A stretch of 64,000 bases of DNA from a virus. Taxonomy: Duplodnaviria; Caudoviricetes. Every line of letters begins with the position of its first letter. Position 1 is the first letter of the stretch. The stretch spans positions 10,676-74,675 of the IMG/VR virus record IMGVR_UViG_2974632701_000001. One strand, written 5' to 3'. The notes beneath the pieces are model-generated. The model searched no databases. It saw only the letters and a list, made by a program, of their open reading frames with translations, and was not told the DNA's origin. A program made the translations under genes and the position numbers. Of the stretch, positions 56,157 to 64,000 are shown piece by piece.

Positions 56157-57773
56157 TTATACGATGTAGGCTCCTAGCCCGGATTCTTCTTCGACTTCCT
56201 CTCCTGTACCCCAGATGACATCCTTAGTCGATACCTGAGTCTGTGGTTCAACAGGTTCTTCTGGATTTGGTTTCCATGGGTTCATTACAGTCAGCATCGA
56301 GATAGTATCAAGGCAGTCATCTTTGCCCATCAAACCATCACGAGTAGCAAGACTGATCTGTTCCATAAACAAGCCAAGAGTCTTGGTCTTACTCATTTCC
56401 GACGCAAAATGAATCTTCCCAGCCTTGAACAACGGAACCACGAGATTGAACCGCGACAGTTTGTCCGTCATCGGTCGGATACCCGGTTTGTTGGTTTTGG
56501 GATCATGGGTCAAATTGAAGTAGATTCCACGACGATCCATCTCACTCATGATCCAAGGAATGAACCCACCCTGTTGTCCGGTGACTTCGATACCCACACC
56601 TTGAGGTGAATACTCCTGTGCAAAATTGAACAGATCGTTGATAGTTTTGCCCATCTGTTGACGTTCGCACAGACCATCAACCCAAATCCAGTTCCCATCC
56701 TTGTCATAGGCCCAAACAGAAATCACTGTGTAATCAGCGGTTTGCTTGGACGAAGTGGCAAAGTCAGTGGTGATATAGAAGTTGTAGTTCTTCCGATTAG
56801 ACAGGATGTCCATCCGAGACTTCCAACCAATCTCATCTTGTTGGATCAGTCGTGATTCATCTGAGGTAATCCGAAGCATAAGTTCCTGACGGAAGGATTT
56901 CTCTTTCCCTTCCATGACAGCAGACTCATACATCTCCTTCACGTACTGGTAAGTGAATCGGTCTTCCCAAGCTCCACTGAATTCCTCTTCTGTACAGGGA
57001 AACTCTTTGCAGACTGGCCATACGTTTACCTGCCAAGCACCAGATTCAATTGCCTGATACACGATGTCTTCTTTATTGAACGGTGTTCCATTCAGAATCA
57101 TCTTGTGACGAGTTGGATCCAAAGCATACTGAACACCGGAGTAGACCGTATCGTTGATCGCTTCCATTGCTGTTGGTGATTTGGAATCAGCATCTGAGAT
57201 CAAGTCATCCATCACAGCAAGCACAGGACGACGGTTGAAAATCTTTGTACCCCGGATACCAGACTTGGCACCGAACATCTTCACACCAAACTTCCCACCA
57301 TTCCGGTTATAGAATTCCATGTAGTTTTCAGTGAATCGAACTCCTGACTCTGGCAGCCAATACTGTAAGAACTCACTGGAGTAGTATCGAGACTTGATTG
57401 ATTCCCGTGCTGATTTCACCCCGTTGTCCATCGAATCCGAAATGTACAGCATTCCGGGAACAGGACCAAAGCCGGGGATCTTGTTGAACATAGCCAGATA
57501 GAGAGTCAGGTACTCCATCATCAGAGTCGTCTTTGCAGTACCACGAGCACAGAGATTCGTGATCTTCTTGTGCTTGGTCGGTAGCTTATCAAGCATTGCA
57601 AGGTGCATGACTGGAGTCTTGTTGTCTTCACCTCGACCATCATTGCAGAGCTTGATGAAGTTCATGAACTCAAGGCTGAACTTCGAAGGAACGTATCCCC
57701 CGTTGTTCAGCCAGTCAAAGTCCACTTCATTCAGGTAGTCATCTACCGACTTGTTTCCAAAGAACTTACTCAT
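56157..57773 (-). CDS. terL: terminase large subunit
   Basis: Walker A ARGTAKTT, Walker B VMDDL, GTP, nuclease TDFATS...ADYT and DDCLD. Confidence 0.93.
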   Translation of the reverse strand: MSKFFGNKSVDDYLNEVDFDWLNNGGYVPSKFSLEFMNFIKLCNDGRGEDNKTPVMHLAMLDKLPTKHKKITNLCARGTAKTTLMMEYLTLYLAMFNKIPGFGPVPGMLYISDSMDNGVKSARESIKSRYYSSEFLQYWLPESGVRFTENYMEFYNRNGGKFGVKMFGAKSGIRGTKIFNRRPVLAVMDDLISDADSKSPTAMEAINDTVYSGVQYALDPTRHKMILNGTPFNKEDIVYQAIESGAWQVNVWPVCKEFPCTEEEFSGAWEDRFTYQYVKEMYESAVMEGKEKSFRQELMLRITSDESRLIQQDEIGWKSRMDILSNRKNYNFYITTDFATSSKQTADYTVISVWAYDKDGNWIWVDGLCERQQMGKTINDLFNFAQEYSPQGVGIEVTGQQGGFIPWIMSEMDRRGIYFNLTHDPKTNKPGIRPMTDKLSRFNLVVPLFKAGKIHFASEMSKTKTLGLFMEQISLATRDGLMGKDDCLDTISMLTVMNPWKPNPEEPVEPQTQVSTKDVIWGTGEEVEEESGLGAYIV

Positions 57774-58455
57774 TCATGATCTCCGCATCAGGGATATTCA
57801 TTGGCAATGCAGCCACATCCTGCACTGACATCTTCTTCCCTTCAATGGTTCGCATCTGCATCTCAGCCATCTCAGAGATACGAGCTTCAAGTGCTCTCAT
57901 CCCATCGTTCATTCCGATGTCTATCTTCAGTTCAGCCTTGTTCACTTCTGGTTTCTTCAAGTGAGTCAGAAGACTGTTTGCTGCTTCCACTCGAACCTTA
58001 TCACTCACACTCACATCATTCATGATTTCGTATTGAGTGTTGATTGCAGCTTGGAAGATGTCCTGATTCAGAACCCATGTAGGAATCATGGCTCGTTCGT
58101 AAACCATGTTCACCAGCTTGCCCTTGTTGTAGGCAGCCACATACGAAGCGATGTCCTTGCTGGATCGTCCATCAGAAACCATCTGAGTATAACGATCTGG
58201 GAAAGTCGAACGATACGCATCAAGGTTTGATTTTCCCATGACCTTGTGCGAAACGTACATGACTGCACGCACATAATCACCGAGCTTGAATCGTCCTTCA
58301 GCCAGAACCTGAGAGAAGGAAATGAAGTTCTCTCGAATGTATCGAGCTTCTTCCGGATCCTTCGACAGAGCATTCAGTTGATTGACCATATCCTGCGTAA
58401 TGTGACCTTTCTGGCCAGCAGGTAGAGAGTCTTGTACCTCTTTGAGTGTAAGCAT
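57766..58455 (-). CDS. N4 gp69-like protein, probable terminase small subunit
   Basis: Overlaps the terL start; YV.AV.YVSHK.MG.SN.DAY..TFP.RY motif of N4-like gp69. Confidence 0.65.
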   Translation of the reverse strand: MLTLKEVQDSLPAGQKGHITQDMVNQLNALSKDPEEARYIRENFISFSQVLAEGRFKLGDYVRAVMYVSHKVMGKSNLDAYRSTFPDRYTQMVSDGRSSKDIASYVAAYNKGKLVNMVYERAMIPTWVLNQDIFQAAINTQYEIMNDVSVSDKVRVEAANSLLTHLKKPEVNKAELKIDIGMNDGMRALEARISEMAEMQMRTIEGKKMSVQDVAALPMNIPDAEIMNE

Positions 58456-58528
58456 TGCTCGTTGCTCCGTTCTTGTGGTAATGCAGTCACATGGATGCCC
58501 TATAACCTAAAGCAAGACTGGAAAGCAA

Positions 58529-58849
58529 ATGCCACAAACATGCTCTACCAATTATCTCTGCACTCCAATCTGGTACACCGTCGCTGATCGCGTCGAAGAA
58601 GGTGGGGAAGATGTGATTGCTTTTGCCGCTGGCCCCTATGCTCAAGATCTGAACGTGACCTGTGTTTGCAACGCTGGTACTGTGCAGTTCCAAGTGAAGA
58701 ATCATCTTGGTGTCTGGTTCACTCCGGCTGAAGCCAGCTACACTGTAAATGAATCGAATCTGGTTCGTCTCCCTCGTGCAAACATGCCAGATATTCGGAT
58801 CATCGCTACTGGTGATGCAACTTTCTATGTTGAAGGACCGCTCCGCTAA
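58529..58849 (+). CDS. hypothetical beta-rich protein
   Basis: 106-aa ORF; stop overlaps the next ATG (TAATG). Confidence 0.65.
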   Translation: MPQTCSTNYLCTPIWYTVADRVEEGGEDVIAFAAGPYAQDLNVTCVCNAGTVQFQVKNHLGVWFTPAEASYTVNESNLVRLPRANMPDIRIIATGDATFYVEGPLR

Positions 58850-61140
58850 TGCCTCATCCTTCGCTATATCTATGGGGACAAGATGATGATCGTACCCGGT
58901 CTATTGACGTAGTTCACATTGAACCGTCAATTCGGGAAGGTGTTCACTTGGTCTCCAGCCTTTATGGGCGGGAAGCATCTTCTCCTCTGTATCGGTTCCC
59001 GCCCGTGTCATCCAACAATGCTTGGATTCGTGGTGATGCCTTGATCCCGGCAGTTCTGACTGCTGAAGAAGGTACGTGGTTTGCGTCACCTTCTGCGGTG
59101 TTCTATTACCAATGGATGGCTGATGGAGTTGATATTCCGTTTGCCACTCAGAAGACTTGGACTTCCACTATCGAATACGACAGTGCTGAAATCACTGTTG
59201 AGATTCGAGGTGTGAATATCATTGGTCAAGACATCACCATTTCATCTCCGTTGAACATCTCGATCATTGAACCAATTGAAGTACATGAACAGGAAAACTT
59301 CCTGATCACTGGTCTTCAACCGGGAGCCAATGCACAAGTTACCTATGATCAACGTACTATTCTTACGACTGGTCTTGGTGCTCTTGATCGTATGGATGTA
59401 AATAGGGGTGTTGCCTATTACCTTACGGGTATGGCTGGTGATGATCGCTTCGATACCAATGCCATGGACATTCCAATTATCACAGGTCTTCAACAACCAG
59501 ATACTTTGTCAGTTCTTGAACGTAATTTTGGAATTGCTGTAATCAACATGCAATATGCTGATCCTTTGGTGGAAGGTGTTCCGGTTCATATGAACCTGAA
59601 GAACCCTGATGCTGAAATGGGTATGCTTGGCTGGACTAACTTCGGTTCAGTTCAATTTGTGTCTGATGATGGACGAAGTGGTGACTACTCTTGGAATGGT
59701 GGTGATAACGTAGATCCAAGTGGATCCAATACCCCATTCTCGTACATCTGGCAGAACGTACCTATTGAAGCTGCATGGATTCCAGATGTGGATCTGGGTT
59801 TGACCAATCTCGAAACCTATTGGTATCAGTTCTCTGAAGAAGGATTCGACATGGCCAATGTCCGTGTTGAATTCTACGATGTGAACATGACTCTCATTGG
59901 TCAAGACAATGGTCCGGGTCTTTGGTCGTCTCCTGCTGATATCTGGTTCTATCGTGCTTTCGAAGATCCGATTCCCCCAATGACTCGTTGGGTTCGGATC
60001 TATCTGGAGTTCAACGTCCAATCAGGAACCAGTAACGATGCTGGTATTGATGACGTGTCCATGTACATTCGTAAGGGAGCCAAAGTAAACAACCGTAACT
60101 TTGGTCCTCTCTTCGAACAGTGGCGTCTTCGTTTCACTAAAGCCAACACTTGGTCGGGTACTGGTCTCTCTGAAATTGAGTTCCGTCCAACTCCTGCTGG
60201 CACTGACCTTGCAACCGGAGGTTCACCTATTTTCGGATCGGCTGGTCTTGGTGTGCTCAATGCAGACTTTGCTTTCGATGATCTTCGCAACACAGGTTAC
60301 TGGGCTGGTGAAGAGAACGGCATTGCCAACGGTACTGCTTGGGTTGGGTATGACATGATTACTCCTGTCCGTCCTGAAGTCATCGACATCACTGCTCGTT
60401 CAGGAAGTGACTCACTTCAGGTTGGTCGTGAGTTCTACATCGAAGGTTCCAACGATGGTCTTCGATGGACTCCTGTTCAGTTCTACCGTGAAGAGATGGT
60501 TGGTACATTCACCTCTGGTGAGCGTAAGCAATTCCCAATCCCCCGTGGAGCTTATGACTGGTACACTGCATACTTTACTGGGGCAGGTTATACCTACAGC
60601 CGAGATAACTTTGAAGGGGATGACTATGCTGGAAAAGGCTCAGTCTGGACGTGTGAAACTCGTCTGAACATTGATGAGATCCGGGTCTTGGTTGATGACA
60701 ACCAACCAACCCCTTTCAACTTCAGATTGCAGTTGGCTCGGATCAACTTCCAAAAGAATGGTAGTTTCCAGCCCGGTATGATCTCTGAAGTTCTGGAAGA
60801 CTTCACTCTTTCCACTGCTGGTTTGAGTGCTGGTCCTACTTGGATATCCCAAGCATGTACTTCTTCACATGAATTCGAAGTCGGTGAAGCATTCTTGCTG
60901 CGGTTCTTCGATCTCGATGCAGCAACCAATCCAGTTGACCCCAACGAAGGTCGTACTCGTTGGATCGACTTCAATGATGAACAGAATGATTACATGATTC
61001 GGGATGGTATCGCTCGAAGAATTGGTACATGGCAAGGTGGTGCTGCTGACATTGCCATTGGTCTTGCTAACCCAAGTGGGTTTGCCGGGTCAGGAACTGG
61101 GGCTTACTTCGCCCTAGATTTCAAAGGGTCAATCTACTAA
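58849..61140 (+). CDS. multidomain tail/adhesin protein (Ig-like, repeats, CBM-like, discoidin-like)
   Basis: YYQWMADG (Ig-like), four ~20-aa repeats, NPDAEMG..GWT (CBM-like), QWRL and FYIEGSNDG..WT (F5/8-like). Confidence 0.65.
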   Translation: MPHPSLYLWGQDDDRTRSIDVVHIEPSIREGVHLVSSLYGREASSPLYRFPPVSSNNAWIRGDALIPAVLTAEEGTWFASPSAVFYYQWMADGVDIPFATQKTWTSTIEYDSAEITVEIRGVNIIGQDITISSPLNISIIEPIEVHEQENFLITGLQPGANAQVTYDQRTILTTGLGALDRMDVNRGVAYYLTGMAGDDRFDTNAMDIPIITGLQQPDTLSVLERNFGIAVINMQYADPLVEGVPVHMNLKNPDAEMGMLGWTNFGSVQFVSDDGRSGDYSWNGGDNVDPSGSNTPFSYIWQNVPIEAAWIPDVDLGLTNLETYWYQFSEEGFDMANVRVEFYDVNMTLIGQDNGPGLWSSPADIWFYRAFEDPIPPMTRWVRIYLEFNVQSGTSNDAGIDDVSMYIRKGAKVNNRNFGPLFEQWRLRFTKANTWSGTGLSEIEFRPTPAGTDLATGGSPIFGSAGLGVLNADFAFDDLRNTGYWAGEENGIANGTAWVGYDMITPVRPEVIDITARSGSDSLQVGREFYIEGSNDGLRWTPVQFYREEMVGTFTSGERKQFPIPRGAYDWYTAYFTGAGYTYSRDNFEGDDYAGKGSVWTCETRLNIDEIRVLVDDNQPTPFNFRLQLARINFQKNGSFQPGMISEVLEDFTLSTAGLSAGPTWISQACTSSHEFEVGEAFLLRFFDLDAATNPVDPNEGRTRWIDFNDEQNDYMIRDGIARRIGTWQGGAADIAIGLANPSGFAGSGTGAYFALDFKGSIY

Positions 61141-61171
61141 ACAGGCGTTACCAGTCAGAAAGGACAAACCA

Positions 61172-62146
61172 ATGCCTAACATCCTCTTCGCATCCAATTC
61201 CATCTCGCACTTTCCGGGATCTGTAATTGGTTCCCCTGACTGGGCATATGACCCACGTCGGGTTCCATATTCAATTGAAATGCCAATCAGCACAGTTGCT
61301 TCTTCTCCCATGATCAAAGAATCAACTACTGATGAGACATGGTTCCACTTCAACGTGGGCAACCGTATCTGGTGGGTGAACTCTGATGATCCTCTGTGTG
61401 AATTGACGGACATCAATGGTGATCGTATTCTTCAATTGTCTTTCCGCAATCGTACGGAAAACGGTTGGACAATGCGTACTGTCATGGATGGGAACATATT
61501 CAGTGATGCTCGTTTCATTCCTTTCTTAAATGCTTCAGTCCGAACGATTGATATTCAAGTCAAACTCGGAACCTTGCAAGCTGAGTTCCGTGTCTATGTG
61601 AATGAACTTCTTCTGTTGGAACGTAGCTTTGCCTATAACCAACTCAATGCACGAAAACCTCGTTTCATGTGGATTGGTGGTGGTAATAGTGATGGCAACT
61701 TCTTGAACGCTACCCATTATTCAGAGATCATTGTTGCTGACGGTGATACGCGGAACGCTCGCCTTGACCTTCTTCGTCCGGTCTCTGCTGGTGTGTATGG
61801 AAACTGGGATGGTCCTCTCGTCTCACTGTCTGACGATGACCCGACGACTGGTATGACCACGGTCTCACCAAACCAAAGTCAGTCTACGATCCTGACCCCA
61901 TACACTGGTGCGAACAACATCTCGAACATTGTGCAAGTCACGACTACTGTTCGGGGTCTGAACTCACCTACCAAACTTCGGCATCTCATCCGAATGTCTG
62001 GGGTGGATTATCTGACTCCTGATTTCGATGTCCCGTTCTCGAAAGAGTATCAGGTCACTGACTGGACTCAAAATCCTGCAACCTCTGCACCATGGGCAGC
62101 CACTGATCTCGTGAATGTGGAGTTTGGGTTCCGATCCATCGCCTGA
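61172..62146 (+). CDS. putative receptor-binding/tail protein, paralog of 6828..7823
   Basis: Shared TWFHF/AWVHF, YSEIIVAD/VSQLIMAN and C-terminal NPAT..PW motifs. Confidence 0.6.
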   Translation: MPNILFASNSISHFPGSVIGSPDWAYDPRRVPYSIEMPISTVASSPMIKESTTDETWFHFNVGNRIWWVNSDDPLCELTDINGDRILQLSFRNRTENGWTMRTVMDGNIFSDARFIPFLNASVRTIDIQVKLGTLQAEFRVYVNELLLLERSFAYNQLNARKPRFMWIGGGNSDGNFLNATHYSEIIVADGDTRNARLDLLRPVSAGVYGNWDGPLVSLSDDDPTTGMTTVSPNQSQSTILTPYTGANNISNIVQVTTTVRGLNSPTKLRHLIRMSGVDYLTPDFDVPFSKEYQVTDWTQNPATSAPWAATDLVNVEFGFRSIA

Positions 62147-62173
62147 ACCAAAGAAGAACTGACTGGTATTCTA

Positions 62174-62207
62174 GAGGGAGTGGTGCGAAGCCGCTCCCTT
62201 CTTTTTT
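62174..62207 (+). terminator. intrinsic terminator
   Basis: GAGGGAGTGG/CCGCTCCCTT stem then CTTTTTT. Confidence 0.85.
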
Positions 62208-62498
62208 GGGATTTAGGCTGTCTTTAGTAGTATCGGTCGTATGACCTCAGACAGTGTTTCACTCCAATGATTCGGACCAAAGTTCGGTATCCCTTGTGGA
62301 CCAAAAACGCACAAAGGGACTGGGGTCTCTCACCACCAACAAAGATGGAATGGAGCTTGACACTGAAACCATTGTCAATGCCATCGAAGTCAAGGCCAAG
62401 ACGCTCAAGAAAATCCAACATAGCTGCATGACCTCTTCCTTTTCGGTTCTTCATAAGCCAAGGATATATCGGCCTCATGACAATGAAAAGGAAAACCA

Positions 62499-62846
62499 AT
62501 GTCAGAACATGATTCCTCAGAACTCTTTTACATCGCTGGTCCCATGAGTGGACACGCTGACCACAATGCACCTGCCTTCTACAAGGCAGAGGAAACTCTG
62601 ATAGCCTCGGGTATCCCATCCAAGAACATCTTCAACCCCATCCGTCATGAAGGTTCTCTCATGGTTCAGCAGGGTCTGGTCCGTGACCAACAAGAAGCCT
62701 ATCGCATGTGCATGGCTATCGACTGTGACTGGATCTGCAAACACGCCACAGCAATGTTCATGCTTCGTGGTTGGGAAAGATCCCCCGGTGCAAAAGCTGA
62801 ACACGCTCTCGCAGTTTGTCTTGGCATTCGAATACTTTACGAGTAA
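62499..62846 (+). CDS. DUF4406-like (nucleoside deoxyribosyltransferase-fold) protein
   Basis: YIAGPMSG, FNP, MLRGWERSPGAKAEHALA motifs. Confidence 0.8.
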   Translation: MSEHDSSELFYIAGPMSGHADHNAPAFYKAEETLIASGIPSKNIFNPIRHEGSLMVQQGLVRDQQEAYRMCMAIDCDWICKHATAMFMLRGWERSPGAKAEHALAVCLGIRILYE

Positions 62847-62863
62847 GGAGTCACCACCTTCTT

Positions 62864-62940
62864 CCGTGTATAGCGCAGTCTGGTAGCGCGATAGTTTTGG
62901 GTACTATAGGTCTCAGGTTCGAATCCTGATACACGGACCA
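62864..62940 (+). tRNA. tRNA-Pro(TGG)
   Basis: Acceptor CCGTGTA/TACACGG, anticodon arm ATAGT-TTTGGGT-ACTAT, T-loop TTCGAAT, encoded CCA. Confidence 0.92.
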
Positions 62941-62946
62941 AGGTAA

Positions 62947-63021
62947 GGTGGGGTAGCTCAGAGGTAGAGCGGAGGACTCATAATCCTCATGTCGTTGGTT
63001 CGATTCCTTCCCCCACCACCA
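62947..63021 (+). tRNA. tRNA with CAT anticodon (elongator Met or Ile2)
   Basis: Acceptor GGTGGGG/CCCCACC, D-arm GCTC/GAGC, GAGGA-CTCATAA-TCCTC, CCA; T-stem has two U.U mismatches. Confidence 0.88.
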
Positions 63022-63023
63022 AC

Positions 63024-63113
63024 GGAAGAGTGGCCGAGTCTGGCTGAAGGCACTGGTCTTGAAAACCAGCAAACCGAAAGGTTTCGTGGGTTCGAATCCC
63101 ACCTCTTCCGCCA
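63024..63113 (+). tRNA. tRNA-Ser(TGA)
   Basis: Acceptor GGAAGAG/CTCTTCC, G73, long variable arm AAACC-GAAA-GGTTT, CTGGT-CTTGAAA-ACCAG, CCA. Confidence 0.95.
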
Positions 63114-63174
63114 TAACCTCTTGAAACTAAATCAAAAGCAAAAATGCACATACCACTGTGCAGAAATGCAGATC

Positions 63175-63203
63175 TTGACAGGGGTTTCTCAAAACCGTAC
63201 CTC
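63175..63203 (+). promoter_or_regulatory. sigma70-like promoter
   Basis: Perfect TTGACA (63175-63180), 17-nt spacer, TACCTC; A-rich UP-like sequence upstream. Confidence 0.5.
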
Positions 63204-63377
63204 CGTAGCTGGGTGCTGCGGCATCTGAGGGCCGAACCGGGATAACTCTGTCTTCACCTCAGATCAAACCATACCCGCCCCGCTGCGCTCACCCGTAGCC
63301 CAGAGTCAGGCTCCTTCTCCTCACTCTACCCACACCTAACAGCTTGCGAACCAAATCAAGAAACATGCTTGGCATTG

Positions 63378-63397
63378 CAAGAGTTGCGAAGCAACTC
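63378..63397 (-). promoter_or_regulatory. N4 vRNAP-type hairpin promoter candidate (+ strand as template)
   Basis: C-AAGA-GTTGC-GAA-GCAAC matches the N4 P1 hairpin (GTTGC-GAA-GCAAC, from memory) with G at -8, purine at -11 and template C at +1 (63378). Confidence 0.5.
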
Positions 63398-63546
63398 GCA
63401 GCAATCTGCGTAGCAGGCCGAAGGCAGCCAAGTAGGTTTGTTGATGCAGGTGAGCACTTCGTACTCCAACTCACTTCGTGAGTCTGAGCAGTATAACCTA
63501 TAGCTCATAAACCACAGATATGAGTTATAGCTCATAGAGGATAACC

Positions 63547-63657
63547 ATGATGAAACCTTCAGTTTCTTCTTTGATGAACCAAATCAACAAATGGCGTGAG
63601 GGTGTCCTCAGAGAACTGGCAGCCAAGGAAATGGCCGAGGAACTCTTTAAGGATTGA
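63547..63657 (+). CDS. 36-aa peptide
   Basis: Not in ORF track. GAGG SD, MMKPSVSSLMNQINKWREGVLRELAAKEMAEELFKD*, amphipathic. Confidence 0.55.
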   Translation: MMKPSVSSLMNQINKWREGVLRELAAKEMAEELFKD

Positions 63658-63682
63658 TACATATATAAAATTTTGCATATGT
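63654..63682 (+). promoter_or_regulatory. possible sigma70-like promoter for the 63688 RNA
   Basis: TTGATA, 17-nt AT-rich spacer, ATATGT; a start 6 nt downstream would coincide with G63688. Confidence 0.35.
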
Positions 63683-63687
63683 GTCGA

Positions 63688-63800
63688 GGGGATGCTGGTG
63701 CGAGTAGTCGGTTCGAGTCCGACTAGTATGCTAATCGCTGCTAAGGATCGTGGGATCTAGGGACATAGGATTATGGGTTCAATTCCCATCATCTCCACCA
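63688..63800 (+). ncRNA. tmRNA/tRNA-Ala-like small RNA lacking an anticodon arm
   Basis: GGGGATG/CATCTCC acceptor with G3.U70, A73, CCA; T-arm ATGGG-TTCAATT-CCCAT; internal second T-loop hairpin TAGTCGG-TTCGAGT-CCGACTA. Confidence 0.65.
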
Positions 63801-64000
63801 AATTTTATAAAAATCGCAGTACAGAAAAACCTAATATTGTCGAGGGTGGGGGGTTTCTGTCTGGGCAGCTACACCTGCCAACCCACCCCCCCGGTCTAAT
63901 TACACACTGATTACACATGCCCCCCATATTTACTACACTCTCCACCTCCACCCATTACACTGCATACTACCCAGCCTCCGGCTGTCTTGGATCTTATCCC

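Noticed and set aside
62241-62547. ORF 62254..62547 and a competing 54-aa frame starting at 62268
   Set aside because: Neither has a convincing SD or motif and I cannot tell which, if any, is real.
63223-63240. Hammerhead-like CTGAGGG...GAA
   Set aside because: The core CUGANGA is not matched and the three-stem junction is absent.
1-64000. CRISPR array, integrase, transposase, reverse transcriptase/DGR
   Set aside because: No regularly spaced repeats or corresponding protein motifs found by eye.

Overview
A 64 kb stretch of an N4-like (Schitoviridae-type) podophage genome; the gene set (class II RNR, thioredoxin, ThyX, dCMP deaminase, tRNAs) resembles N4-like roseophages. The + strand from 1 to ~28.8 kb carries nucleotide-metabolism, rIIA/rIIB and replication genes, interrupted by a tail/adhesin-like cassette at 4.4-7.8 kb. 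The - strand from 29.2 to 58.5 kb carries the 3632-aa virion RNA polymerase, structural genes, major capsid, portal, lysis cassette and terminase. The + strand from 58.5 to 64 kb carries a second adhesin cassette, three tRNAs and a structure-rich non-coding end. The early RNAP subunits are not in the window. Highlights: (1) a 113-nt RNA at 63688-63800 with an alanine-type acceptor stem (G3.U70, A73, CCA) and T-arm but no anticodon arm, containing a 4-codon A-N-R-C-stop frame, i.e. a candidate miniature tmRNA mimic; (2) an ADP-ribosyltransferase-like and a zincin domain inside the virion RNAP, alongside separate macro-like and SLOG genes; (3) a cluster of GNA-triloop ssDNA hairpins, one matching the N4 P1 promoter hairpin; (4) a second degenerate tRNA-like element at 28939-29019; (5) three frameshifting lesions, two of which share sequence and may be assembly artefacts. 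All family assignments are from motif recognition by eye; no database searches were run.
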